Under the pieces are notes generated by a model, which searched no databases, was not told the origin of the DNA, and saw nothing but the letters and a program-made list of their open reading frames with translations. Shown here one piece after another: positions 36,576 to 46,497 of a stretch of DNA of 64,000 nucleotides. This DNA is from an uncultured bacterium (lineage in GTDB: Bacteria > Omnitrophota > Omnitrophia > Omnitrophales > Aquincolibacteriaceae). The stretch is from the NCBI GenBank assembly GCA_964606385.1, contig CAZSFZ010000001.1, positions 67,519 to 131,518 on the forward strand. The letters run 5' to 3'. Numbering within the stretch: the stretch's first letter is position 1; each line of letters starts with the position of its first letter. Made by a program: the position numbers and the translations under genes.

Positions 36576-38362
36576 AGGTAATATTCCAAAAGGATCTCTT
36601 TTTGTTTAAGAAAAGCGACGATCTTTTCGACCGCGGCATCCAGCGCTTCATGCTCCGCGATCTCAAAATGCGGCTTGAATGACGAAAAAGCGCTCGGCCC
36701 CACCTGGATCACGAGGATCTCGTTGGGGCGGTTTAGGATCCTCAGGGTTTCGACGTCAAAATCATCCAGGTCCGAGGCCGTCGTGATAAAAACCTGCCCG
36801 GATTCCGCGATGATCCTCCCCAATTCGCCCAGATGCCGCACAATTTCTTCCTGTTGATCCGGATTGGAGGATGGTTCGCTGTCCAGACCGGAAACAAGAT
36901 TGGAGATCCCAAGATAGAAGGCTTTGACACCTCGACCCAGAAGCCGCGCTTCAAGCTCCCGGGCGATCTTTTGCTTGCCCGTATTGATCTTTCCTGCGAT
37001 CAGAATGAATGCGGGACGATGGCCGTAGATCTTCGAGCGTTCGCCGGAACCGACCCCGCTTTTCACCCAAACCTTTTCGCGCTGGGCTACATGTTCTTTG
37101 AGAAGCGACCGGTCCTCCGCGAACGCTTCAAGCACGATCCCCGCCCCCGCGATCTCATAATGGTCCACGATCACAAAACGCCCTGTTTCGCGAAGTTCGC
37201 TTGCTCTATCGAAAGCAACGGGCTTCCCTGTTTCAAACACGCATTCCGCGACATCGTGACGGTCCACCTGGGCCTTATTGGCGATCGAGGTCAGTTCCGA
37301 ACTGTCGAGAACATTCACAACCTCCGCCAAACGGACGGTCGTGCGCGCGGCACCGATCTTGAGCTTATACTTTTTCCCTTTTACAAGCGGCGCATGCCCC
37401 ATCCAGAAAATATTCGCCTTGAAGCGCGTACTCACGGCCGGTTGCGGGTCGTCCGCCTTGACCATCAGCTCGCCCGGCTTGATATAAAGCTGGGTCTCGG
37501 TCGTAAAACCGATTGCCTCACCTGCCTGAGCTTCATTTTTAGACGGCAGGTTGAATTCCTCGATACTTTTGATCCGTGTGCGTTTTTTGGAAGGCAGGAA
37601 AACCACTTCCTCGCCCACCTTGATCTTTCCCGTATAAACCGTGCCGGCCATAATGCGCCGGTCATCGCCAAGCTCCGTGAATTTATAAATATCCTGCACG
37701 GGAAAACGGAAGGCATACGCGTCGCTCCCGGTCTCGTGCGGAAAAGAATCCAATTGCTCCAAGACCGACAAACCCTGATACCACGGCATCTCCGGCGACC
37801 GGGCGACCATATTGACGCCGTTCATCGCGCTCATCGGAATAAAGGCGTTGGGACGGATGTTCAGCCCGGCAAGAAAATCACTGTATTCTTTCTCGATCGC
37901 CCGGAACGATTGCTCGCTGTACCCCACAAGGTCCATTTTGTTGACGAGCACCACCACCTGGCGGATCCCAAGCATGGAAAGAAGGTAACCGTGCCGCTTG
38001 GAATTCTCGAGGATCCCTTCCTTCGCGTCGATCACCAGAAGCGCCGCTTCCGCGCGGGCCGCGCCTGTGATCATGTTCTTCAGGAATTCAATATGTCCCG
38101 GCGCGTCGATCACGATATATTCCCGCTTTTTCGTGTGAAAAAAACAGCGGGCCGCGTCGATCGTGATCCCCTGGGATTGTTCGTCCTTCAAGGCGTCCAG
38201 CAGGAACGCGTACTCAAAGGGTTTCGCGTTCTTCGCGCAGGTCGCCTTGACCTGATCCAGTTTTCCTTCGGGCAGAGAACCGGTATCGGCCAAAAGCCTC
38301 CCGATCACCGTGCTTTTGCCGTGGTCCACATGCCCGACGATCACAATATTCATTCTGTCCAT
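36572..38362 (-). CDS. cysNC: sulfate adenylyltransferase subunit 1 (CysN GTPase) fused to an APS-kinase-like C-terminal domain (CysNC)
   Basis: GHVDHGKST G1 motif, DAPGH, NKMD. C-terminal P-loop-like IAGKINTGKQ and a degenerate DGDN region. Confidence 0.85.
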   Translation of the reverse strand: MDRMNIVIVGHVDHGKSTVIGRLLADTGSLPEGKLDQVKATCAKNAKPFEYAFLLDALKDEQSQGITIDAARCFFHTKKREYIVIDAPGHIEFLKNMITGAARAEAALLVIDAKEGILENSKRHGYLLSMLGIRQVVVLVNKMDLVGYSEQSFRAIEKEYSDFLAGLNIRPNAFIPMSAMNGVNMVARSPEMPWYQGLSVLEQLDSFPHETGSDAYAFRFPVQDIYKFTELGDDRRIMAGTVYTGKIKVGEEVVFLPSKKRTRIKSIEEFNLPSKNEAQAGEAIGFTTETQLYIKPGELMVKADDPQPAVSTRFKANIFWMGHAPLVKGKKYKLKIGAARTTVRLAEVVNVLDSSELTSIANKAQVDRHDVAECVFETGKPVAFDRASELRETGRFVIVDHYEIAGAGIVLEAFAEDRSLLKEHVAQREKVWVKSGVGSGERSKIYGHRPAFILIAGKINTGKQKIARELEARLLGRGVKAFYLGISNLVSGLDSEPSSNPDQQEEIVRHLGELGRIIAESGQVFITTASDLDDFDVETLRILNRPNEILVIQVGPSAFSSFKPHFEIAEHEALDAAVEKIVAFLKQKEILLEYYL

Positions 38363-38364
38363 AA

Positions 38365-39246
38365 TTACATGTACCCTTCGCGGCGAAGCGTTTCGAGCCC
38401 GCCGCCATCTTCTTTGTCCTGCGCCCGGCCGGAACGCTCCGCGATATTCGCGAATTTTCCCGTCCGGAGTTCTTCAATGATCTCTTTCACATTTTTCGCG
38501 TCCGATTTCACAGCGCCCGTGCAGGGATAGCATCCGAGGGAGCGGTAGCGAAGCCCCTTCCCTTGATCGAAATAAAGCGGAATGATCGGGATATTCTCCC
38601 GGTCGATATATTCCCAAATGTTCAACTCGGTCCAATCAAGAAGCGGATGCACGCGAACATGCGTCCCCGGAGCGAAATCCGTTTTATAATGGTTCCAAAG
38701 CTCCGGCGGCTGATCGCCGATATTCCAATCGCTTTGCTTGTCCCGCGGAGAAAAGTACCGTTCTTTGGAGCGGCTCCCTTCCTCGTCCGCGCGTACGCCG
38801 ACGATCACGCCGGTATAAGGCTGCGGGTCTTTCTCCTGCACGTATTTCCCGAGTTTGTGATCGAACGCGTAGCGCGGCCATTCGCCGGAGAGCGTGTGTT
38901 TAAGAGCTTCGCTCTTGAGCGATTTGCAGCACGTCAACCGGTCCACCTTCCCGTCCGGATAGGTCTGCTTGGCCGCAAGCGCCGCCGCGTTCTCACCGTA
39001 GACGAGATTCAGATGCCAATCCGCCGCGAGCTTGTCGCGATAAGTGATCATTTCCGGGATCTTAAAATGCGTATCGATATGAAGGAGCGGAAGCGGCACA
39101 TGGCCAAAAAAAGCCTTGCGAGCCAGCCAGAGCAGGACCGTGCTGTCCTTGCCGATCGACCAGAGCATGACAAGGTTTTTGAATTCTTTGTAAGCTTCGC
39201 GCAAGATATGAATACTTTGCGCTTCAAGTTTTTTAAGCGTGTCCAT
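38365..39246 (-). CDS. cysD: sulfate adenylyltransferase subunit 2
   Basis: PP-loop [14 protein letters not shown]; full-length CysD. Confidence 0.9.
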   Translation of the reverse strand: MDTLKKLEAQSIHILREAYKEFKNLVMLWSIGKDSTVLLWLARKAFFGHVPLPLLHIDTHFKIPEMITYRDKLAADWHLNLVYGENAAALAAKQTYPDGKVDRLTCCKSLKSEALKHTLSGEWPRYAFDHKLGKYVQEKDPQPYTGVIVGVRADEEGSRSKERYFSPRDKQSDWNIGDQPPELWNHYKTDFAPGTHVRVHPLLDWTELNIWEYIDRENIPIIPLYFDQGKGLRYRSLGCYPCTGAVKSDAKNVKEIIEELRTGKFANIAERSGRAQDKEDGGGLETLRREGYM

Positions 39247-39261
39247 TGTTTCCTTTTATAA

Positions 39262-39370
39262 CCACGTCATTGCGAGCCCTGTTTTTAGGGGCGTGGCAAT
39301 CTGCCTTAAAAGCGAGATTGCTTCCCTTGCGTCTTGCTGACGCAAGACAGCAGCAAGGTCGCAATGACTC
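39262..39370 (-). ncRNA. candidate structured RNA / cloverleaf-like palindromic element between cysH and cysD (function unknown)
   Basis: Outer stem gtcattgcgagcc / ggtcgcaatgac encloses three hairpins (ccct-gttttta-gggg; gcaatct-...-agattgc; gtcttgc-tgac-gcaagac). Strand assigned only by the operon context. Confidence 0.35.
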
Positions 39371-39371
39371 G

Positions 39372-40097
39372 CTACTTACCTTTTACGGTTTTACCGTCTT
39401 TAAAATGCAAACCGCACTCTTTTTGTTCCGGGTTTTCCCACCACCATCGCCCGGCCCGGATGTCCTCGCCGGATTTAATGGCACGGGTGCACGGCGCGCA
39501 ACCAATGCTTGGATATCCTTGATCGTGCAATTTGTTATAAGGCACGTGATGGGCATGGATATAGTCCCACACCTGTTTTGAAGTCCAATCGATCAACGGA
39601 TTGATCTTATAAAGTCCGTTCTCTCCGTCCCATTCGATCATATCAAGGTCCATGCGCGTCACGGACTGTTCCCGGCGGAGCCCGCAGATCCAGGCCTTAA
39701 ACCCCTGAAGCGCGCGCCGGAGGGGTTCGACCTTCCGGACATGGCAGCAACGTTTCCGGTTCTCAATGCTGTCATAAAAAAGATCGGGGCCTTTCTCTTC
39801 GACCATTTTCCTGACGGCTTCCGGGTCCGGAGTGTAGACCCGGTATTTAAATCCGTACCGGTGTTCCGTTTCTTTCAAACAAGTCCATGTTTCCTGAGGT
39901 AAACGGCCGGTATCGAGCGTGAAGATCGTCGCGGTTGGCACAACCTTGAGGATCATATCGGTCAACACCTGATCTTCCGCGCCAAGACTCGAGGCCAGCG
40001 CGATCTTGTCCGCGCCAAAATGATCCGAAGCCCAGGCGAGAATTTCTTCCGGGGATTTGCCGCTGATGGCTTGAGAAAGATGGGAAAGATCGTTCAT
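39372..40097 (-). CDS. cysH: adenylyl-sulfate / phosphoadenylyl-sulfate reductase (CysH; Fe-S type)
   Basis: PAPS-reductase fold; CC (KRCCHVRK) and CxxC (SIGCAPCT) pairs typical of APS reductases; ECGLH. Confidence 0.85.
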   Translation of the reverse strand: MNDLSHLSQAISGKSPEEILAWASDHFGADKIALASSLGAEDQVLTDMILKVVPTATIFTLDTGRLPQETWTCLKETEHRYGFKYRVYTPDPEAVRKMVEEKGPDLFYDSIENRKRCCHVRKVEPLRRALQGFKAWICGLRREQSVTRMDLDMIEWDGENGLYKINPLIDWTSKQVWDYIHAHHVPYNKLHDQGYPSIGCAPCTRAIKSGEDIRAGRWWWENPEQKECGLHFKDGKTVKGK

Positions 40098-40105
40098 AAA
40101 AAGTC

Positions 40106-40327
40106 CTAGATCTGATACTCGATCGGCTTGCGGCCTATCTTGATCTTGTTCCAGGCGCGTTCATGCAGGTAATAGACGAGGATCTTGATGAACACATCCG
40201 CGAATCCGATGGATAAGGCAAATTTAAGTTGCCGGGTGATCGCCCAAGAAATGAGAATGGTGGTCACCGTTCCCGTGATGCGGTAAGAAACCGCTTTGAC
40301 GATGCTTCTCCAATGGTGATCGATCAT
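40106..40327 (-). CDS. DUF2061-family small membrane protein
   Basis: 73 aa, two TM helices; family often linked to cys operons. Confidence 0.65.
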   Translation of the reverse strand: MIDHHWRSIVKAVSYRITGTVTTILISWAITRQLKFALSIGFADVFIKILVYYLHERAWNKIKIGRKPIEYQI

Positions 40328-40348
40328 AAGACACTCATGAAATCCTCT

Positions 40349-41284
40349 TCACACCCCGAGATCCTGAAAAAGCCAGGTGGAGAGGTACCGCTCCCCGGTG
40401 TCGCAAATGACCGTCACAATGGTTTTGCCTTTCGACTCCGGCCGTTTCGCGATCTCTAGAGCCGCCCACACGTTGGCGCCGGCCGAGATCCCGGCAAGGA
40501 TGCCTTCCTCACGCGCAAGCCGGCGGGCGACATCACCCGCATCCTCGTGACGAACTTGAATGATCTCATCGTAGATCTTTGTATTCAAAACCCCCGGGAT
40601 GAAACCCGCGCCGATCCCCTGGATCTTATGAAGGCCGGGTTTTCCGCCCGAAAGCACCGGCGAGTCCGTGGGCTCCACCGCGATCACTTTTATGGACGGT
40701 TTTTTCTTTTTTAGTGCTTCGCCGACACCCGTTAAAGTCCCGCCAGTTCCGACACCCGCGACAAAAACATCGACCGCCCCGTCGGTATCTTTCCAGATCT
40801 CCTCGGCGGTGGTCTTGCGATGGATCTCCGCGTTCGCGGGATTATTGAATTGCTGGGGCATGAAGCTTCCCGGTGTATTCGCGTTAATCTCCGCGGCCTT
40901 CTCGACCGCGCCACGCATCCCCTTGGCCCCTTCCGTGAGCACAAGCTCGGCCCCTAGGATCTTGAGAAGCTGGCGTCGTTCGACGCTCATGGTGTCGGGC
41001 ATCGTCAGGATCAATTTATAACCGCGCGCGGCTGCGACGAAAGCCAGCGCGATACCGGTGTTCCCGCTCGTCGGTTCGACGATCGTCCCGCCCGGCTTGA
41101 GCTTTCCGCTCTTTTCAGCCGCATCAACCATCGCGACCCCGATCCTGTCTTTCACGCTGGAGAGCGGGTTCGCCGATTCAAGCTTTACGAGCACTTCCGC
41201 TTTAAGCCCCTGGGTAATCTTATGCAAACGCACCAGCGGTGTGTTGCCGACCGTCTCAGTAATATCTTTGAAGATCTTTGCCAT
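40349..41284 (-). CDS. cysK: cysteine synthase A (O-acetylserine sulfhydrylase)
   Basis: PLP-Lys motif SVKDRIG; [10 protein letters not shown]; 311 aa. Confidence 0.95.
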   Translation of the reverse strand: MAKIFKDITETVGNTPLVRLHKITQGLKAEVLVKLESANPLSSVKDRIGVAMVDAAEKSGKLKPGGTIVEPTSGNTGIALAFVAAARGYKLILTMPDTMSVERRQLLKILGAELVLTEGAKGMRGAVEKAAEINANTPGSFMPQQFNNPANAEIHRKTTAEEIWKDTDGAVDVFVAGVGTGGTLTGVGEALKKKKPSIKVIAVEPTDSPVLSGGKPGLHKIQGIGAGFIPGVLNTKIYDEIIQVRHEDAGDVARRLAREEGILAGISAGANVWAALEIAKRPESKGKTIVTVICDTGERYLSTWLFQDLGV

Positions 41285-41297
41285 GATTTTCTCCTTT

Positions 41298-42593
41298 CTA
41301 AGCCGCTTTTTTCAGAGCCTGATCGATATCCGCGAGAATGTCATCGATATGTTCGAGCCCGACCGACAAACGGATAAAGTCGGGCGTGACGCCGGTCGCG
41401 ATCTGTTCCTCCGCGGAAAGCTGCTGGTGCGTCGTGCTCGCCGGGTGGATCGCGAGCGTCTTCGCGTCCCCGATATTCGCGAGATGCGAGATCAGCTCCA
41501 GCGAATCGATGAATTTCCGTCCGGCCTTCAACCCGCCCTTGATACCGAAGCCGAGGATCGCTCCCGCGCCTTTCGGCAGGTATTTTTTCACCTTCTCTTT
41601 TTCCGGGCTAGAAGGAAGACCCGGATAATGGACCCAGGCCACCTTCGGGTTCTTTTCAAGATGCTTCGCAACGGCCAGCGCGTTCTCCGAATGCTTCGGC
41701 ATGCGCAGGTGCAGCGTTTCAAAACCCTGTAGGAACAGGAACGCGTTGAAAGGAGAAAGCGCGTTCCCCATGTCCCTGAGCAGGGTGACCCTTGCCTTGA
41801 TAATGTAAGCGATATTGCCGAGAGGTTTCAGGGCTTCCACAAAGTTGATGCCGTGATAGCTCGGATCCGGATCCGCGATCAGCGGGAATTTCCCGTTCGT
41901 CCAGTCGAACTTCCCGGAGTCGACGATGAGGCCCCCAATCGAGGTCCCGTGCCCGCCGATGAATTTCGTCGCGGAGTACACCGCGATATCGACTCCGTGA
42001 TCGAAAGGCCGCAAAAGATACGGTGACACCGTATTGTCGAGTATGAATGGCACGCCGTTCTTGTGCGCGACTTTGGCGATCCCTTCGAGATCCGCGACAT
42101 CGAGTTTGGGATTCCCGATCGATTCGGCATAGACCGCTTTCGTCTTCGGCGTGATCGCTTTCTGGATCCCCTGAAGATCGTTCGACTTTACGAACCTCAC
42201 TTTGATCCCGAGCCTCGCGAAGGTGTAATGGAATAGATTGTAAGTTCCTCCGTAAAGATTGTCGGCTGAAACGATCTCATCCCCCGCCTGCGCGATATTA
42301 AGAAGCGCGAGCGTGATCGCCGACTGGCCGCTCGAGACCGCAAGGGCGCCGACGCCGCCATCCAGCTGCGCGATCCTTTTTTCGAGCACGTCGGTCGTGG
42401 GGTTCATGAGCCGCGTGTAGATATTGCCGAATTCTTTCAGACCGAAAAGATTCGCGGCATGATCCGTGCTCTTGAATTGATAAGAAGTGGTCTGATAAAT
42501 AGGGACCGCCCGCGCCCCCGTGGTCGGGTCCGCCGTTTGTCCCCCGTGTAATGCGATGGTCTCGCTTCTTAACTGCTTGGCTGCTTCACTCAT
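41298..42593 (-). CDS. metY: O-acetylhomoserine aminocarboxypropyltransferase (O-acetylhomoserine sulfhydrylase)
   Basis: Cys/Met-metabolism PLP enzyme; [13 protein letters not shown]-Lys region. Confidence 0.9.
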   Translation of the reverse strand: MSEAAKQLRSETIALHGGQTADPTTGARAVPIYQTTSYQFKSTDHAANLFGLKEFGNIYTRLMNPTTDVLEKRIAQLDGGVGALAVSSGQSAITLALLNIAQAGDEIVSADNLYGGTYNLFHYTFARLGIKVRFVKSNDLQGIQKAITPKTKAVYAESIGNPKLDVADLEGIAKVAHKNGVPFILDNTVSPYLLRPFDHGVDIAVYSATKFIGGHGTSIGGLIVDSGKFDWTNGKFPLIADPDPSYHGINFVEALKPLGNIAYIIKARVTLLRDMGNALSPFNAFLFLQGFETLHLRMPKHSENALAVAKHLEKNPKVAWVHYPGLPSSPEKEKVKKYLPKGAGAILGFGIKGGLKAGRKFIDSLELISHLANIGDAKTLAIHPASTTHQQLSAEEQIATGVTPDFIRLSVGLEHIDDILADIDQALKKAA

Positions 42594-42636
42594 GTTGAAT
42601 CTCCCTTGTGGTTAAATTGTAAAATCCTGAAAGAAC

Positions 42637-43089
42637 TCAGATAAAGTACATGCTGACCGCGTCGGCCCGCTTGGCGTTCTCATTCGCCTGCTCGAGACTC
42701 GTCCCATCCAGGACCCCGACCGTCACGTTATAGAGCTCACGCATGACAGGACGGATCGCGCAGGCATGTGTCCCCTGGCATTCCGGACAATTCGCCAGAC
42801 GGCCCGGCTCAACGCAGGGAACCGGCGCCATGGAACCCTCAAAAACCCGGATCACATCGCCGAAACTGATCTGGCTCGGCTCACGGGTGAGAAGGTATCC
42901 ACCTCCTTTGCCTTTACGGCTGGACAAAAGACCTTTGTTCTTAAGCTGAAGAAGGATCGCTTCAAGAAATTTCCTTGGCATTCCTTCCTTCTCAGCGATC
43001 TCGGAAGAAAGCACTGACTCTGCGCTTCCCCGCCTGGAAGCGATATAAAGCATCGCTTTTAAAGCATATTTAGTCTTGCTAGCTAACAT
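42637..43089 (-). CDS. Rrf2-family transcriptional regulator (Fe-S-type, IscR/CymR-like)
   Basis: wHTH N-terminus; three Cys (PCVEPGRLANCPECQGTHAC); first gene of the cys operon. Confidence 0.85.
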   Translation of the reverse strand: MLASKTKYALKAMLYIASRRGSAESVLSSEIAEKEGMPRKFLEAILLQLKNKGLLSSRKGKGGGYLLTREPSQISFGDVIRVFEGSMAPVPCVEPGRLANCPECQGTHACAIRPVMRELYNVTVGVLDGTSLEQANENAKRADAVSMYFI

Positions 43090-43325
43090 AGTCTATACTT
43101 CCTATTGGTTAAGTGGGAATATACACGCTCAAGCCGCTTTTGTCAACAGTTTACCCATCTTTTTTTCCGCATAATCAGTTCGAGGCGCCGGAGCCACAGA
43201 ATCATAATGCGCCTATGCTTATCTACTAATAATAGACCTTTCATTAGAGAACCTCGCCGCTCCCCTTTCAAAGTCTATAAACACCCGTTACGGTTAAGAA
43301 CAGAAAAGATCAAAGGAGGTGTGCG

Positions 43326-43571
43326 ATGAGCATTATCACGAAACGGACTTGGGAATATCTGGTGCGGGATTTCCTGGAGATCAAATGCAGGCTCAAGGAA
43401 CCCGAGCAGGAATTCCTGATGGATTTTTTAAAAGGCAAGAACATCAGGGCAGACGCCATCAAGACACATTCGGCGTTTTCGGTGGACGATCATCTGGTGG
43501 TGATCATGGACAAAGGCGGTAAGAAAAAGCACCTGTTCTACCACCCGGAAAAGAAAAAGATCGAAGAATAA
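43326..43571 (+). CDS. hypothetical small protein (81 aa)
   Basis: Strong RBS aaaggagg 6-7 nt upstream of ATG; Lys-rich C-terminus; no recognised domain. Confidence 0.5.
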   Translation: MSIITKRTWEYLVRDFLEIKCRLKEPEQEFLMDFLKGKNIRADAIKTHSAFSVDDHLVVIMDKGGKKKHLFYHPEKKKIEE

Positions 43572-43573
43572 AC

Positions 43574-43678
43574 TGCTCGGGACACGTCTCCCGAGCCACG
43601 GGCCACGACATGAGATTTACTGTCCATAGCGTGATCTCTGAAGCATGTTCGTGGTGCGTGGATCGTGGCCCGAGGACC
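43574..43678. repeat. CCACG/CGTGG composite palindromic (REP-like) element, copy c, preceded by a 7-bp hairpin (ctcggga-cacgt-ctcccgag)
   Basis: ccgagccacgggccacgacatgag ... gttcgtggtgcgtggatcgtggcccgagg. Confidence 0.7.
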
Positions 43679-43683
43679 GATAT

Positions 43684-44418
43684 TTAGAGATCGACGGCCT
43701 TGCGAAGTTCGCGGGCCTCGTAAGAAGTAAGGAAGCGGCCTTGCCCGAGCAAAAGATGCGTCAGCTTGAGCGGGCCGAATGAGACACGATTCAGATAAGT
43801 GACCTCATAATCAAAGCGTTTGAAAACCCGGCGGATCTGGCGCTTTTTCCCTTCCCGGAGCTCCACCATCAGCCCTCGCCTGGAAACGGGCCGGATCGCT
43901 TCCAGTTTCAGGATGCCGTCATAAGAATGAAAACCGTTCAGGACCCTGTTCCGGTCGGCCTCCTCCCAGGGGCGATGCAGCTTCACTTCATACCACTTCT
44001 CCACGTGATAACGCGGATGGATCAGCCGGTTGGCAAGCTCGCCGTCATTGGTCATCAGAAGAAGCCCCGAAGAGTCCTTGTCCAGACGCCCGACCGGAAA
44101 GACCCGGACCCGGTTCGTTCCTGTCTGGCGCGTGGCGTTCACGAGATGGCGCGGAAGAAGATCATACACCGTTTTTTTGGCGTGAATATCCTGCGCCGTC
44201 ACCACATAACCTTCGGGCTTGTTCACGATGTAGTAGACATGAGGGGCGAGCTGAAGGACCTTGTTCCGGTACATGATCGTATCGTTCGCGAAATCCACCT
44301 GCCGGCCGAGATCCCGCACGATCTCTCCGTTCACGGAGATGGCCCCGTTCGTGACAAAGACTTCGCATTTCCGGCGGGAACCGAGTCCCGCGCTGGCCAA
44401 AGCGTGCGCGATCCTCAT
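43684..44418 (-). CDS. pseudouridine synthase, RsuA/RluB family
   Basis: S4 domain plus catalytic VGRLDKDSSGLLL motif; start trimmed to MRIAHAL. Confidence 0.85.
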   Translation of the reverse strand: MRIAHALASAGLGSRRKCEVFVTNGAISVNGEIVRDLGRQVDFANDTIMYRNKVLQLAPHVYYIVNKPEGYVVTAQDIHAKKTVYDLLPRHLVNATRQTGTNRVRVFPVGRLDKDSSGLLLMTNDGELANRLIHPRYHVEKWYEVKLHRPWEEADRNRVLNGFHSYDGILKLEAIRPVSRRGLMVELREGKKRQIRRVFKRFDYEVTYLNRVSFGPLKLTHLLLGQGRFLTSYEARELRKAVDL

Positions 44419-45008
44419 GGTTTTTTCAACTCCGCGTAGTAAAGGGAACGGCCCTGGGCCGCCCACTTGATCTCGTAATTCGTCTTGTTCATACCGTCCA
44501 GGATCCTCTCGTTGACCGATTCACGGACATTCTCCCAAAGTTCCGCGGTGGCCGCTATGCTTTTCTTCACCGCGGCGTAATAATCCGCGTCATCGGTCGC
44601 GACCTCGATCAATCCTCCGGGGATCAGCCGTGAATGAAGAAGCGTCAAAAAGTCGGGCGTAAAAACGCGTCGGACCTGGTGACGGCGTTTCGGCCAGGGA
44701 TCCGGAAAATAGACATGGAAAATACTGATGCTTTCCGGAGCGATCGCTTCTTTCAGAAATGCCCGCGCCTCGGCCCGGAGGAACCGGATGTTCGGGAGCG
44801 CCCGCTTCTGGGCCCGAGTCTTCCCTATATTCATGAATTTGCTAACGCGGTCGACGCCGAGGAAATTGATCCCCGGATTCGCGACCGAACGGGCCACCAG
44901 GAACTTCCCTTTCCCGCACCCGATCTCCATTTCGACCGGATTAGAATTCCCGAAGAATTCGCTAAAAGCAATGGGTTCGTATTTCTCTAGGGTGTGTGCG
45001 CGAACCAT
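44415..45008 (-). CDS. trmB: tRNA (guanine46-N7)-methyltransferase
   Basis: EIGCGKGKFL SAM motif; FPDPWPKRRH signature. Confidence 0.9.
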   Translation of the reverse strand: MVRAHTLEKYEPIAFSEFFGNSNPVEMEIGCGKGKFLVARSVANPGINFLGVDRVSKFMNIGKTRAQKRALPNIRFLRAEARAFLKEAIAPESISIFHVYFPDPWPKRRHQVRRVFTPDFLTLLHSRLIPGGLIEVATDDADYYAAVKKSIAATAELWENVRESVNERILDGMNKTNYEIKWAAQGRSLYYAELKKP

Positions 45009-46042
45009 ACCAAGGTCTCCAGATGACGCGTCCTCGGAAAAAAATCAAAGGGCATGACCTTTTGGGCCTGCCATCCCACGCGCGCCAGATGTTTCAGGTC
45101 CCGGGCAAGCGATTCCGGCGAACAGGAAAGATAGAACAGGGAACGGAGGTCTTGTGCCTGCCCGAGCGTTTCGATCGCGGAACCCGCAAGGCCTCCGCGT
45201 GGCGGATCGATCAAAGCCACACAGGGTTTTCCGTGGAGTTCCTTTAAAACTTCCGGAAGGTGCACCTCCACCTGCCCCTCCAGGATCCTGACGTGGTCCA
45301 GGCCATGATATTTCACGTTGTAATGGGCCAGTTTCACGGAATCAAATCCGGATTCAATCATGACCACTTCGCGGGCACGGTCCGCCAACGCGATACCGAA
45401 AAGCCCGACGCCGGAATAAAGGTCCAGAAAAACCGTGTCTTTTGTCCAATGAATGAGCCCTTCGATCTTTGAAACGATCTTCTCTAAAATGAAAAGATTG
45501 GCCTGGAAAAAAGTGTCGAGGGCATAAAAGATCTTCCGTCCCTTCACAGTCGTCCAGAAATAATCTTCCTCTTTCATCCGGAGCGACCTACGGCCGATAC
45601 CGCCCCAGAAAACCTTGCCTTCATCCCCCACCCGGACAACCAGATTTGCGACCTTATAATCCTCAGGAAGCTTCCTGACCGCTTCTTCCTTGAGGGTGGG
45701 CAAGAAATCATTGATCTCACGGCGGGCGATGGAACAAACCGTTACTTCCTGAAGCCGCTGGGTCCCCGGAAGCATGAACCCCATCTGGCGCTCCCCGTTA
45801 TTCCTTTTCCTCAAGGTCAGGTCCAAACGGTTCCTGTAATAGTAGGACTCCGGCGAAGGCGTGATCGTCTCAAAAACGCTTTCGCAAAGTCCGGCTTCCT
45901 TTATAAGAAGCTCTCGCAGGATCGTTTCCTTACGGACAAGTTCCTCCTCATAAGGGATATCCTGATACTGGCATCCGCCGCAGGCGCCAAAGATCGGGCA
46001 CAGCGGTTTAACACTTGTGGGAACAGTCGTTGGGGTCAACAT
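44987..46042 (-). CDS. 23S rRNA (uracil-C5)-methyltransferase, RlmD/RumA family (Fe-S)
   Basis: CPIFGACGGCQYQ cluster; TRAM-like plus class I MTase (LDLYSGVG); start trimmed to MLTPTT. Confidence 0.8.
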   Translation of the reverse strand: MLTPTTVPTSVKPLCPIFGACGGCQYQDIPYEEELVRKETILRELLIKEAGLCESVFETITPSPESYYYRNRLDLTLRKRNNGERQMGFMLPGTQRLQEVTVCSIARREINDFLPTLKEEAVRKLPEDYKVANLVVRVGDEGKVFWGGIGRRSLRMKEEDYFWTTVKGRKIFYALDTFFQANLFILEKIVSKIEGLIHWTKDTVFLDLYSGVGLFGIALADRAREVVMIESGFDSVKLAHYNVKYHGLDHVRILEGQVEVHLPEVLKELHGKPCVALIDPPRGGLAGSAIETLGQAQDLRSLFYLSCSPESLARDLKHLARVGWQAQKVMPFDFFPRTRHLETLVWFAHTP

Positions 46043-46140
46043 GATGCGATAGTTTAAGGAGTTGCCCACACTCCGTCGAGCGTTGTTTTGAAAGGACGAA
46101 GGCGATTGAAAACCGATCTTTGAAAAGGTACACTTCATTC

Positions 46141-46491
46141 ATGAGCGACAAAATCTTCATTCAGAACCTCGAGATTCGCTGCATCATCGGAACGCTCCCT
46201 CGAGAGCGCAAGATCAAGCAGAAGCTTCTGATCGATCTCGAATTTCCCGCGTCCGCACGGAAAGCCGCGAAACGGGATGATCTGAGGGATGCTATCAACT
46301 ATAAGAAGATCGCGGAGCGCGTGACGGCATTCGTTTCAAAAAGCCGTTTTTATCTCATCGAAACCTTGGCCGAACGCCTCGCGGCGTTTCTGCTCAAGGA
46401 ATTCAAACTGAGAGGCATTCTTCTGCGCATCTCGAAACCGGGAGCTTTGAAGAACACGGAAAAGGTTGGGGTGGAGATCCGCAGGCCTTAG
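46141..46491 (+). CDS. folB: dihydroneopterin aldolase
   Basis: MSDKIFIQNLEIRCIIG...ERKIKQ FolB fold; start trimmed. Confidence 0.85.
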   Translation: MSDKIFIQNLEIRCIIGTLPRERKIKQKLLIDLEFPASARKAAKRDDLRDAINYKKIAERVTAFVSKSRFYLIETLAERLAAFLLKEFKLRGILLRISKPGALKNTEKVGVEIRRP

Positions 46492-46497
46492 GAAGGA

